In this document: piece by piece, positions 20,425 through 30,048 of the stretch | How the letters are laid out: the number at the start of each line of letters is the position of its first letter | How positions within the stretch are numbered: position 1 is the first letter of the stretch | Assembly (NCBI GenBank): GCA_045114455.1 | Contig: JBGUKN010000050.1 | Coordinates: 2,736-66,735, forward strand | Length of the DNA: 64,000 nt | Source: Victivallales bacterium | GTDB lineage: Bacteria; Verrucomicrobiota; Lentisphaeria; Victivallales; UBA1829 | Direction of reading: 5' to 3' | Made by a program: the position numbers and the translations under genes | The notes under the pieces: model-generated | Seen by the model: the letters and a program-made list of their open reading frames with translations, nothing else | What the model was told of the DNA's origin: nothing | Databases searched by the model: none

Positions 20425-22931
20425 TCCACTCCGGCCTCCCCATCGACGCGGTCCTGCCGCGGATCGCGGACGCCGCGCACGCCGGACGTCCGCTGGTCGT
20501 CACGGCGGAACCCGGCGCGGGAAAAAGCACCGTCGTGCCGCTCGCCCTGCTCGAACCGGGCGTATTGCCTGACGGCAGGATCATCATGCTGGAGCCGCGC
20601 CGCATCGCCGCACGCGCCGCCGCACGGCGCATGGCATCGATCCTGGGCGAGCCGCCGGGGAAGACCGTGGGCTACCGCACGCGCTTCGAAACGCTCGTTT
20701 CGACGGACACGCGCGTCGAGGTCGTGACCGAGGCCCTGCTCACGCGCATGCTCCAGAAAGACCCGTCGCTGGAGGGCGTCTCCGCCGTGATCTTCGACGA
20801 ATTCCACGAACGCAGCATCCATGCCGACCTCGCGCTGGCGCTCACGCTCGACGCGCGGTCCGTCCTGCGCGACGATCTCCGCGTCATGCTCATGTCCGCC
20901 ACGCTCGATGCCGATTCCGCCGCCGGACTGCTCGGAGAGAACACGGAAACCGTCAACACCCCGGGACGCTGTTTCGAGGTCGGCGTGAGCTACGCACCGC
21001 TGAAACCCGGCGCTCCGGTCGAGCCGCACGCCGCCTCGGTCGCGCTGGACGCCATGAACAGACACGACGGCAACGCACTCGTCTTCCTCCCCGGCGAGGC
21101 GGAGATACGCCGCACCGCCGCCGAACTCGCCTCCATGCGACACGATTTCGAGGTCCTCCCGCTTTACGGCTCGCTCTCCGCCGCCGAACAGGACCGCGTG
21201 TTCGCGCCGTCCGGCCGCCGACGCATCATCCTCGCAACCCCGGTCGCAGAGACCAGCATCACCATCCCCGGCATCCGAATCGTGGTGGATTCCGGCCTCG
21301 CGCGCATGCCGTTCTTCTCCCCGGCGTCCGGCATGGATCAGCTCCGCACGGTCAAAATCTCGAAGGCGTCCGCCGAACAGCGCAGAGGCCGCGCCGGACG
21401 CACCGCGCCGGGCATCTGCATCCGCCTCTGGCACGAGTACGAACAGAACGCCATGCCGGATTTCGCTCCGCCTGAGATCGAACATGCCGACCTCACCGAA
21501 CTCGCGCTGGAGCTGGCGCAGTGGGGCGTCGTCCGGGAAAAGGCCGCCGCCCTGCCCTGGATGACCCCGCCGCCCGAAGCCAAGCTCGACTACGCGTTCG
21601 ACCTGCTGACCGGGCTCCGCGCGATCTCCCCTGAAACCGGACAGATCACGCCTCACGGCAAGCTCCTGCACCGCCTGCCCGTGCATCCCCGACTCGCCAA
21701 CGCCGTTCTCTTCGCGGACGCCAACGGACTCCGCCGGGAGGCGCTTCAGATCGCCGCGATCCTGTCCGACCGCGACCCGCTCGTCAATCCGCAGACCGCC
21801 GACCTCGCCGAACGCCTCGCCGCACTCGGCAAGGCATCCGCACTGCCAGTAGACCGCCAGACGATCGACCGAATCCGCAAGGCCGTTTCCCAGCTCGAAG
21901 CTGCTTTACCCCATCGTGCCGGAGCGAAGCCCGGCACTGCCGCAGTGGAGGACTTGTCCTCCATAGTGGCGGCGGCCTACCCGGACCGCATCGCAAGGAG
22001 GCGCACCGGCGGCGACCGTCCCGAATACCTGCTCTCCAACGGCATGACGGCGAAGCTCGGCGCGCGCGACCCGCTCCGCGATTCGGAATATCTCGCCGTG
22101 GCGGATTCCGGCGGACTCTCCGGCCTGCCGACGATCCGACTCGCGCTCCCGCTCGACATCGACAAGCTCGAATCCGTCCTGTCGGAGCTCTTCCGCACAC
22201 GCAGGGAAACCGTCTGGGATGACGATGCTTTGTGCGTGCGCGCATTCAGCGTGAAGGCGGTCGGATCGCTCACGGTCGAACGCAAGCCGTCGAACCTGCG
22301 CCCCGGCGACGACACGGCGTCGCTCCTGATCGCCGCCATCCGCAAGCGAGGCTTCGCCTCGCTCGGCATCACGCCCGGCCAGCTCAAATTCCTCCGGCGC
22401 ATCCAGTTCCTGCACACGCACGGCTGCGAGGGATTCCCCGACTGCTCGGAACAGCATCTGCTGGACACGCTCGAAGACTGGCTCGCGCCGCACCTCGACG
22501 GCATCAGCCGTCTCGACAAGCTCGCGAATCTGGATTACCGCTCCGTTTTTGCCGCCATGCTCCCGCCGAAAGCGCAGTCCACGCTGAACTCGCTCGCGCC
22601 CGAACGGTTCGAGGTCCCCAGCGGATCGCATATCGCCATCGACTATTCCGACCCCGCCGCGCCCATGGTGCGCGTGAAGTTGCAGGAAGTCTTCGGGCTC
22701 GCGCACTCGCCGAAGATCGCGGGCGGACGCGTCCCGCTCGTGTTCGACCTGCTGTCGCCCGCCATGCGGACCGTACAGATCACGCGGAATCTCGACGAAT
22801 TCTGGGACGGCTCATATTTTCTGGTGCGGAAGGATATGCGCGGACGTTACCCGAAGCACAACTGGCCGGAAGACCCGCGCACCGAGCCCCCCTCCCGTTC
22901 CAGCATCAAAAAACCGCCGAAAAAAAACTGA
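20421..22931 (+). CDS. hrpB: ATP-dependent DEAH-box helicase HrpB
   Basis: Real start ATG 20421 (ATGA overlap with the cobB stop) inside the 1443-aa track ORF. AEPGAGKST, DEFHERS, SATLD, TPVAETSITIPG, QRRGRAGR, and the HrpB C-terminal region. Confidence 0.9.
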   Translation: MIHSGLPIDAVLPRIADAAHAGRPLVVTAEPGAGKSTVVPLALLEPGVLPDGRIIMLEPRRIAARAAARRMASILGEPPGKTVGYRTRFETLVSTDTRVEVVTEALLTRMLQKDPSLEGVSAVIFDEFHERSIHADLALALTLDARSVLRDDLRVMLMSATLDADSAAGLLGENTETVNTPGRCFEVGVSYAPLKPGAPVEPHAASVALDAMNRHDGNALVFLPGEAEIRRTAAELASMRHDFEVLPLYGSLSAAEQDRVFAPSGRRRIILATPVAETSITIPGIRIVVDSGLARMPFFSPASGMDQLRTVKISKASAEQRRGRAGRTAPGICIRLWHEYEQNAMPDFAPPEIEHADLTELALELAQWGVVREKAAALPWMTPPPEAKLDYAFDLLTGLRAISPETGQITPHGKLLHRLPVHPRLANAVLFADANGLRREALQIAAILSDRDPLVNPQTADLAERLAALGKASALPVDRQTIDRIRKAVSQLEAALPHRAGAKPGTAAVEDLSSIVAAAYPDRIARRRTGGDRPEYLLSNGMTAKLGARDPLRDSEYLAVADSGGLSGLPTIRLALPLDIDKLESVLSELFRTRRETVWDDDALCVRAFSVKAVGSLTVERKPSNLRPGDDTASLLIAAIRKRGFASLGITPGQLKFLRRIQFLHTHGCEGFPDCSEQHLLDTLEDWLAPHLDGISRLDKLANLDYRSVFAAMLPPKAQSTLNSLAPERFEVPSGSHIAIDYSDPAAPMVRVKLQEVFGLAHSPKIAGGRVPLVFDLLSPAMRTVQITRNLDEFWDGSYFLVRKDMRGRYPKHNWPEDPRTEPPSRSSIKKPPKKN
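21916..21963. repeat. Palindromic repeat copy A (GTGCCGG hairpin plus TGGAGGACTTGTCCTCCA) inside the hrpB coding sequence
   Basis: GTGCCGG-N8-CCGGCAC at 21916-21937, and an 18-nt perfect palindrome at 21946-21963. Same core as 36804-36819 and 63641-63656. Confidence 0.7.
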
Positions 22932-22944
22932 AACCTTCTCTTTT

Positions 22945-23874
22945 TTACTTCCCCGGGGCGTCGAGCAGGACGATCTCTGCCGTGACCGGGAAATGGTCGG
23001 ACGACGCCAGGCCGTTGCGGAAATCATTGATCGTGCCGTGGGACAGCACGCGCACGCGGTCGTTCACGAAAATGAAGTCGATCGGCTTCCGTCCGGTGCG
23101 ATCCTTGCGGTTCACATGGAAATCGTGGAACGTCTCGTCGCCCGCGCCGTAGTGGTCGGTCTCGGACACATCGCGCGCGTTTTTGAGCACGCCCAGCATG
23201 CGCCGCACGGGCATGTCGTCGGCGGTGGAATTGAAGTCGCCGGTCAGGATGAACGGATATTTCTCGATCATGGGCGCGAGGCGCGTCAGGATCACGTTCA
23301 CGCCCTGGATCCGCGCCATCGCGCTTTGATGGTCGAGGTGCGTGTTCGCGATGACGAACCTTTTCCCGGTCCGGCGGTCCAGCAGAAGCCCCCATGTGCA
23401 GATGCGCGGCAGCGCGGAATCCCACGCGGAGGAGCCGGGCGTGGCTGGATTGGCGGAGAGCCAGAACGTCTCCTGTGAGATCAGCTCGAAGCGTTCCGGG
23501 TCGAAGAAGACGGCATTATGCTCGTCGCCCTTGCGCCTGTCGCGTCCGACGCCGAAGCTGTCGAACTTGAGCGCTTCCTTGAGGTCGGCGATCGGCCCCG
23601 CGAGCGTCTCCTGCGTGCCGATGAGCTCGAATCGATTCTCCCTGATCGTCTGCACCATGCGCGGCAGGCGGTCGCGCCACGAATTCGGCGAACGGTCGTT
23701 CGGGCCGCGCACGTTGTAGGTCGCCACACGGATCAGGTTCTTCTCCGCGGCAGTATCCTTCGAAATCTGCGCGCCGGAAAGGTTCAGCGCGACGACAAGG
23801 CTCAATGCCGCGAACGCGGCGGTCATCAGCAAGGCCGGAAGCCGCCCCGGTTTCCTTCTCGAAAAAATGTTCAT
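22945..23874 (-). CDS. Secreted endonuclease/exonuclease/phosphatase (EEP) family protein
   Basis: Signal/TM (LPALLMTAAFAALSLVVAL). RVATYNV, GTQE, NTHLDH, GDFNS, SDHFPV are canonical EEP catalytic motifs. Confidence 0.8.
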   Translation of the reverse strand: MNIFSRRKPGRLPALLMTAAFAALSLVVALNLSGAQISKDTAAEKNLIRVATYNVRGPNDRSPNSWRDRLPRMVQTIRENRFELIGTQETLAGPIADLKEALKFDSFGVGRDRRKGDEHNAVFFDPERFELISQETFWLSANPATPGSSAWDSALPRICTWGLLLDRRTGKRFVIANTHLDHQSAMARIQGVNVILTRLAPMIEKYPFILTGDFNSTADDMPVRRMLGVLKNARDVSETDHYGAGDETFHDFHVNRKDRTGRKPIDFIFVNDRVRVLSHGTINDFRNGLASSDHFPVTAEIVLLDAPGK

Positions 23875-25205
23875 GGGACGCTCCTTTCCCCGTTGGTTTC
23901 GCTCATCGTGTCATCGGACGCCGCCGTGACCAGCGGCAGCAGGTCGCGCCGTCCGTTTTTGCCGACCGCGGCTTCCCGCACGCCGCGGACATCCAGATCC
24001 GCCGCGCCGTCCGCCAGAATCGCGCGCACGCGCTGTCCCGACCGAAGCCCGCCGACGCCCGTGATCTGCCGTCCCGTGCCGGGTTCCGCCAGATAGACAT
24101 AGCCCTGTTTCAAGATTCTGAAGGGATCGTAGGCGTCGAGCTCGGCACGGACGCGGTCCAGTCGATGCGACGCGGCATCGGCGCGGCGCGTCAGGGCGGC
24201 GGACGCGCTCTGCATGAGCATGTCGACGCGCTGCATGCGCTCCAGCGCCAGGCGCATGGAGTCGCGGAAGACCTTCGACCCCATCACCTGCGCGAGACGT
24301 CCGGCGGACCGCTCCACCGCGTAGGCGGCAGCGGTATTCATCCGCTGCTTCATGTCGTCCAGTGCGTCGAGCAGGACGCGTTTCTCCGGGATCAGCTGTT
24401 CCGCCGCGCCGCTCGGCGTCGGCGCGCGCATGTCGGCGGCGAAATCCGAGATCGTAAAGTCGATCTCATGTCCGACCGCGCTCACCACCGGAATTTTCGA
24501 GGCGTAGATCGCACGCGCCAGGACTTCCTCGTTGAACGGCCACAGGTCCTCCATCGAACCGCCGCCGCGGGTCAGCACGATCACGTCCACGCCGCCGGCG
24601 CGGTTGAAGAAACGCACCGCGCGCGCGAGTTTTTCCGCCGCGCCCTTTCCCTGCACGGGGGCCGGGCAGAGACGGATTTCGAAGTTCGGGAACCGCGCGA
24701 GGGCGATCTTCAAGAAGTCTTTTACTGCTGCACCCATGGGCGAGCTGATGATGCCGATGCGCTGCGGCAAGTACGGAACCGGTTTCTTGTGCGCCGGGTC
24801 GAAAATCCCCTCGGCGGCAAGTTTCTCCTTCAGGACGGCGAACTGTCTGTGCAAATCGCCCACGCCGCACATCCGAAGTTTTTTGATGTAGAACTGGTAG
24901 TCGCCGCGCTGGGTGTACAGCGACAGCGAACCGAACACCTCCACCTGGTCGCCGACCTTCAATCCGAGTTTCCGGCAGACCTCCGACCCGCTGAAATACA
25001 CCGCGCGAACCTGCGATGCCGCGTCCTTCAGCGTCAGGTAGACATGCCCGGAACGGTACGGATTGTACGAGCCGACCTCGCCGGTCAGCCAAATGGGACG
25101 GAACGACTCCTCAAGGACGGTCTTGACTACGCCGTTGAGCTCGCTGACGGTCCACGGGCGTTCTTCGCCGGACGCGCCGGAGTCCTGTTCCGGTTCACTC
25201 CACAT
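23871..25205 (-). CDS. xseA: Exodeoxyribonuclease VII large subunit
   Basis: OB-fold N-terminus (WLTGEVGSY...GHVYLTLKD), GIISSPMGAA, LTRGGGS, and a long helical C-terminus. Confidence 0.9.
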   Translation of the reverse strand: MWSEPEQDSGASGEERPWTVSELNGVVKTVLEESFRPIWLTGEVGSYNPYRSGHVYLTLKDAASQVRAVYFSGSEVCRKLGLKVGDQVEVFGSLSLYTQRGDYQFYIKKLRMCGVGDLHRQFAVLKEKLAAEGIFDPAHKKPVPYLPQRIGIISSPMGAAVKDFLKIALARFPNFEIRLCPAPVQGKGAAEKLARAVRFFNRAGGVDVIVLTRGGGSMEDLWPFNEEVLARAIYASKIPVVSAVGHEIDFTISDFAADMRAPTPSGAAEQLIPEKRVLLDALDDMKQRMNTAAAYAVERSAGRLAQVMGSKVFRDSMRLALERMQRVDMLMQSASAALTRRADAASHRLDRVRAELDAYDPFRILKQGYVYLAEPGTGRQITGVGGLRSGQRVRAILADGAADLDVRGVREAAVGKNGRRDLLPLVTAASDDTMSETNGERSVP

Positions 25206-25890
25206 CGCCGTTCTGTTCCTCGGAACCGGGCAGGATGGCGCCGCAGCTCACGATCAGGCGCATGGCGTCGGACACGCTCATATCGAGCATGATGCACTCG
25301 TCGCGCGGGATCAGCATCAGGAATCCGCTTGTCGGGTTCGGCGTGGTCGGCATGAAGACGCTGATCAGGTCGCCTTTGCCGAGACGGCGCGCCGCCTCGC
25401 TGTTTTCCGGTGTGTTCTCGTTGGTCATGAATCCGATCGCGTAGCAGCCCTTGCGGGGGTATTCGAACAGGACGACCTGCTGGAACATGTTGCCTTTTTT
25501 CGACGACATGATCGTGTCGCCGATCTGCTTGCAGGTCGAATAGATGAAGTTGACAAGCGGGACTTTCAGGAGCAGGGCCTGGGCTCTCGCGATGAGCTTG
25601 CGTCCGATGGTGTTCTTCGTGAGGACGCCGAGGAAGAACAGCATGGCCAGGACCGCGATCAGCGCCAGGATGCGAATGATATGTGCGCGCCAGATCGGCG
25701 GCAGCTCGGACATCAGCTCCAGGGAATCGGCGATCGTAAGCCCCCATCCGGTCAACCGGGAATACAGATACCAGGCGACCCAGAGGGAAAGGGCGATCGG
25801 GACCGCCACGATTATTCCGGTCACGATCATGTTACGGAAGAACTGGAAATGCTTTTTTGCGGGCTTCTTCTGTTCCGTTTTATTCGGCAT
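25195..25890 (-). CDS. DUF502 family membrane protein
   Basis: Start moved to ATG 25890 (MPNKTEQKK). Two TM helices and the DUF502 signature PTTPNPTSGFL. Confidence 0.75.
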   Translation of the reverse strand: MPNKTEQKKPAKKHFQFFRNMIVTGIIVAVPIALSLWVAWYLYSRLTGWGLTIADSLELMSELPPIWRAHIIRILALIAVLAMLFFLGVLTKNTIGRKLIARAQALLLKVPLVNFIYSTCKQIGDTIMSSKKGNMFQQVVLFEYPRKGCYAIGFMTNENTPENSEAARRLGKGDLISVFMPTTPNPTSGFLMLIPRDECIMLDMSVSDAMRLIVSCGAILPGSEEQNGDVE

Positions 25891-27160
25891 TGGCCATATC
25901 TCCTTCTTCCTCGCGGATACGTTCAAGTTTCAGTTTGCGGACCGTGCGCGAGTCCGCCTCGAGGATCGTCGCGCGGAACTTGCCCGGCTCCTCGTAGGTC
26001 TCGCCTGCCCGCGGGATACGGCCGAGTCCGGCGCAGATATAGCCGCCGATGGTGTCGGCCTCCTCGGAATCGTCGATCCCGGTCTCCAGCATGGAATTCA
26101 CGTCGTCCACCGGCGTGCGGGCGTCCAGGATCACGGAGCCGTCCTCCAGGAAGACCGGCTGTTCCTCGAAATCCTCCTCGGTGTCGTATTCGTCGTGGAT
26201 CTCGCCCACGATCTCCTCGATGATGTCCTCGAACGTGACGACGCCGGAAGTCCCGCCGTATTCGTCGATGATGACGGCGAAATGGTTGCTCGTGCGCTTG
26301 ATCTGGCGGAGCAGGTCGGAAACCTCCTTGGTCTCCGGGATGAAGATCGGCGGACGTGCAAGTTCGGTCAGTGACTTGCCTTCCAGCCTGTGTTCATCGA
26401 TGAAATCCTTCGCGTACAGTATGCCCTTCACGTCGTCCAGATTCGCGCCGTAGACGGGGATGCGGCTGTGGCCGGATTCGACGAAAAGCTTTTTTGCGTC
26501 CGCGACGCTCGCGGAAGCCGGGATCGCCTCCAGGTCGACGCGCGGGGTCATGATCTCGCGCACCTTCATTTCGCCGAGTTCCAGGATGCCGCGGATCATC
26601 TGCTTCTCCTCTTCCTCCAGGCTGTCGTCATCGTCTTCGTCCGGACCGTCCACCAGGCTCAGGATCTCGTCCTCGGCGGAGGCAAGTTCGTCCGGGGCGT
26701 CCGCACGATGCCAGTCGTCGCCCGCGGTCGTCACCTTTTCGATCAGCGAGGCGAGCGGAAGAAAGAACCGGCTGGCGACGATCGGGATCGTGAACTTCAG
26801 GAGCGCCAGATCGAACCGGAGAAGCACCAGCCGCGCCGCCAGTTCCGAGATCACGGTCAGGATCGTGACTGCGCCCATGACGACCAGCCAGCCCCAATGG
26901 TGCACGAAATTCGGGGCCAGGGAGTCAGCCCATTCCATGGAAAGCACGCCAGCGAATGCAGCCAGGACGCATAAGAACAGTTTCAGAAGCGCGCGCAGGG
27001 ATTCCTCCCGGTCATGCCAATTTTCCAACTGATCCGCAAACGCGCGGTCGTGTTCGGCCACTTTCAGGATGCGGCCGCCCGTCAGCGAGGAAAAAGCCTC
27101 GAACGCGGCGGTGATCCAGAGGTACAGGACGGAGCAGAAGATGAGCAGCGCCAGATTCAT
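25880..27160 (-). CDS. HlyC/CorC-family transporter (DUF21 TM domain, CBS pair, CorC_HlyC)
   Basis: N-terminal 4-TM DUF21. MTPRVDL, HSRIPVY, IDEYGGTSGVVTFEDIIEEIVGEI. C-terminal transporter-associated domain. Confidence 0.85.
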   Translation of the reverse strand: MNLALLIFCSVLYLWITAAFEAFSSLTGGRILKVAEHDRAFADQLENWHDREESLRALLKLFLCVLAAFAGVLSMEWADSLAPNFVHHWGWLVVMGAVTILTVISELAARLVLLRFDLALLKFTIPIVASRFFLPLASLIEKVTTAGDDWHRADAPDELASAEDEILSLVDGPDEDDDDSLEEEEKQMIRGILELGEMKVREIMTPRVDLEAIPASASVADAKKLFVESGHSRIPVYGANLDDVKGILYAKDFIDEHRLEGKSLTELARPPIFIPETKEVSDLLRQIKRTSNHFAVIIDEYGGTSGVVTFEDIIEEIVGEIHDEYDTEEDFEEQPVFLEDGSVILDARTPVDDVNSMLETGIDDSEEADTIGGYICAGLGRIPRAGETYEEPGKFRATILEADSRTVRKLKLERIREEEGDMANAE

Positions 27161-27690
27161 TTCTCTGCTTCCTTATATTCCATCGGCGGGATGAGGCCCG
27201 CCCTGCGGAGGCCGTTCATCACGCGTTTCTCGGCACGGCGCATCACGCGTTTCGCCTTCGGGTTCAGGTCGTCGTATCCGGCCGCATGGAGCAATCCGTG
27301 CGCCACATACAGCGCCACTTCTTCCGCATACGGCAGACCGCGCTTCACGGCCTGTTCGTAGGCCACGGCGGGACAGACGATCAGTTCGATGGAGGGATCG
27401 GCGTCACTGTCGTCCTCCGCATCGAAGGCATCCGTTCCGCCCGCGGACGCGAATCCCGGATCGTCCTCCGCGCGGTAATCGAAGCTGATGACGTCCGTCG
27501 GGCCGTGATGCCCCAGGAAATCCTCGTTCACGCGTTCGATACCCGCCGGAGACAGGAACGATACGCAGACGCCGCCGGGGACGTCGCGAAGTCCGGCAAG
27601 CGAGGCCGCCGCGGCGGTCATTCTGCGGAGCCGTGCGCGGGACGGCGCGGGAAAGCATCTGCCCGCGCGCCAGATGGTAACGGCCTTCAT
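27157..27690 (-). CDS. ybeY: rRNA maturation endoribonuclease YbeY
   Basis: C-terminal 177 aa of track ORF 27157..28584. TDVISF and the zinc motif HGLLHAAGYDD. ATGA overlap with the upstream HD gene. Contains an acidic ~25-aa insertion. Confidence 0.85.
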   Translation of the reverse strand: MKAVTIWRAGRCFPAPSRARLRRMTAAAASLAGLRDVPGGVCVSFLSPAGIERVNEDFLGHHGPTDVISFDYRAEDDPGFASAGGTDAFDAEDDSDADPSIELIVCPAVAYEQAVKRGLPYAEEVALYVAHGLLHAAGYDDLNPKAKRVMRRAEKRVMNGLRRAGLIPPMEYKEAEK

Positions 27691-30044
27691 GCTTTCTTCT
27701 CCCCGGCCGGCTCCGTCTTCGCCCGCGAATAGGAGATGCGCGTGTGGCTCATGGACTTCAGCGTCTTCAGGAAGGATTCCCGTATCTTGGTGAGCTGCTC
27801 CAGCGTGATGCGTGCGGCGTCCAGCTGTTTGCGCTGGAGCTTGCCGTTGAATATCTTCTCCACCAATGCGCGCACATTGTCCTCGGTCGGATCGCTCATG
27901 GAGCAGACCGCCGCCTCGCAGCAGTCGGCAAGCATCAGGATCACGCATTCCAGTTCCTCCGGCAGCGGGCCGGGGTAGCGGAACGGTTCTTCCGCCGGAG
28001 TCTTCCCCGTGCGCTCCTTTTCCTTCTCGTAAAAGAACGAGATGAAGTCGTTGCCGTGGTGGCACTCGATGGCGCGGCGGATCGGGGTCTTCAGCTTGTA
28101 TTTCTTCGCCAGCTGCACGCCGAACTCCACATGGCAGCGGATGATCTCCGCGCTTTCCGCCGGATTCAGGTCCTTGTACATATCCTTTCCGTTGGCGTTC
28201 TCCGTGAACATCTCCGGCGAGGCGAGCTTCCCGACGTCGTGGAACAGCGCGTACGCCTGCGCTTTCAGGGATACCCCGCCCACGCAGTTCGCCGCCTCCT
28301 CCGCCAGCAGCGCCACGCGTTCGCTGTGGTGATACGTGCCGGGAGCCTCCATCTGGAGTTTCTTCAGCAGGGGCTGGTTCCGGTCGGTCAGCGACAGATA
28401 GGACATGTTGCTCGTCACGTCCAGCACGGTTTCCAGCGCAATGATCAGCGCGGAGGAGACCATCGCGGTCAGAAGTCCGAACGTCAGCGGCACGGCAAGG
28501 CTGAATCCCAGCCGGTTCCAGTCGCGCATTCTGATGGTCGTGAGGAAATCGGGATTCTGCTGGAAGATCAGGGACGCCAGACACATCGTGATCGTACAGG
28601 AGAAAAAGGACCGCGTAAAGAATTTCTTATAGTCGTAGATCTGACGCACACAGGCCGTGCCGACGGCGCAGACGAACAGACCGGTGGCAAACGCGGGAAA
28701 CGAGAAATCCAGCGCCACGGCGGAAACACCCGCCACGAAAAGCCCCGCGAAAACCGCCGACCTGCCGCTGTAGATGGATGCGATCACCAGAGCGGGAAGC
28801 GCCAGCGGCATCGCCAGGTACAGAGGCACGACCGGATAGCCGTTGTTCAGCGCGAATCCGTTGTACTCTTCCATGAACAGGCGGTTGCACAGAAGCGAGA
28901 AGATCACGATGAACCCGATCAGCCAGATCGACCGGTTGTTGCCGATGAGCTCGGGATGGACACGCACAATATAAATGCAGGAGAGCACGATCAGGAGTGC
29001 CACGAGCATCATCTTCTGGAAGAGGTTGCCCCAGGTGCGGAGCTCGCGGAGATAGTCGTTGTACCGGATCTGATATTCCTTGTACATCTCGGCCTGCTCC
29101 GCCGTGAGCTTTTCGTTCTTATGGATCAGAACAGTTCCTTTCTTAAGATAGATCTCCGGCTCGCGGACCTCCTTCGGCTTCTCTCTGTACTCCTCTTCCA
29201 TACGCTTTTCGGTCCAAGCTTCATCATAGATCAGATTGCCGTTCGCGTAGAGGTGCATGAAAAGCTGCTGGAACTCTTCCTCGTAGGGGACCTGCGCCTC
29301 ATAGAAGAAAAGGGCCGACAGCAGGGATTTCACGGTATGTTCGGCGGCGATCCGGGGCGTCTGAAGCTCGTTGAGTTTCACCGGGTCGACTTCCCGCAGC
29401 TCCTCATCCAGGATCTTCACGGTCTTCTGGGCGTTGACCGCCTGCGCCCCCTCGCCTTCGGAAAGACTGTCGCTGAACGGCTTCGACTTCCGAATCTCCT
29501 CTTCGGTCGCAATGCCGCCGAGGACGATTTCCTTCACTTGCGCATCGGCCCTGACCCGCCAGGTATCGTCAAGTGCGATCTGGCGGAGAAAAACGAAAAG
29601 CTGCTGGGGCATTTTCCTGATGATTTCCACAAGGTCCAGGATGTCCTTCTCCGCGTTCTCCGGCGGGCCGTAGACCTTTCCCTCGTCCTCGTCGGAGGCG
29701 CGGCGCTGTATCTCCTGCATCATGAGGCCGTAACCGTCCATGATTTTCCCCGACCGGCCCGGATCGAGGCGAAAATAAAGAGGAAACTCCAGAACGAAAC
29801 TCTGGAAATAACGCGTCGCCTCTTTCTTGTTCACATACGAGAAATCGCAAACGGCCTCGATATCCTGCGGAGCTTGCATGTTTTCGACCAGTTCCGGCAG
29901 ATCGCTCTGGCTCGGCATCCAGAGAAGAGCCACGGCCGCCGCAAACACCAACAGGATCATCAGCAGGGATACGAACGGCGAACGCTGAAGCCTTTCGCCG
30001 ATTTGCCGGAACATATCCCGGAAACTTTTCGGATTCTCGCTCAT
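27687..30044 (-). CDS. 7TM-receptor HD/HDIG membrane phosphohydrolase (PgpH-like)
   Basis: 785 aa with an extracellular N-domain, a 7-TM block, then the HD domain (HHSERVALLAEEAA...LFHDVGK...HH). Conserved position between phoH and ybeY. Confidence 0.8.
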   Translation of the reverse strand: MSENPKSFRDMFRQIGERLQRSPFVSLLMILLVFAAAVALLWMPSQSDLPELVENMQAPQDIEAVCDFSYVNKKEATRYFQSFVLEFPLYFRLDPGRSGKIMDGYGLMMQEIQRRASDEDEGKVYGPPENAEKDILDLVEIIRKMPQQLFVFLRQIALDDTWRVRADAQVKEIVLGGIATEEEIRKSKPFSDSLSEGEGAQAVNAQKTVKILDEELREVDPVKLNELQTPRIAAEHTVKSLLSALFFYEAQVPYEEEFQQLFMHLYANGNLIYDEAWTEKRMEEEYREKPKEVREPEIYLKKGTVLIHKNEKLTAEQAEMYKEYQIRYNDYLRELRTWGNLFQKMMLVALLIVLSCIYIVRVHPELIGNNRSIWLIGFIVIFSLLCNRLFMEEYNGFALNNGYPVVPLYLAMPLALPALVIASIYSGRSAVFAGLFVAGVSAVALDFSFPAFATGLFVCAVGTACVRQIYDYKKFFTRSFFSCTITMCLASLIFQQNPDFLTTIRMRDWNRLGFSLAVPLTFGLLTAMVSSALIIALETVLDVTSNMSYLSLTDRNQPLLKKLQMEAPGTYHHSERVALLAEEAANCVGGVSLKAQAYALFHDVGKLASPEMFTENANGKDMYKDLNPAESAEIIRCHVEFGVQLAKKYKLKTPIRRAIECHHGNDFISFFYEKEKERTGKTPAEEPFRYPGPLPEELECVILMLADCCEAAVCSMSDPTEDNVRALVEKIFNGKLQRKQLDAARITLEQLTKIRESFLKTLKSMSHTRISYSRAKTEPAGEKKA

Positions 30045-30048
30045 TTTC

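Noticed and set aside
19669-22931. Sir2-domain protein translationally coupled to a large helicase, considered as a possible SIR2-helicase anti-phage defence system.
   Set aside because: The sirtuin has the complete housekeeping CobB signature, including the Zn ribbon, and a normal ~250-aa size. The helicase is a canonical HrpB with its characteristic C-terminal domains. No other defence genes are adjacent. The coupling is noted, but a housekeeping interpretation is far more likely.
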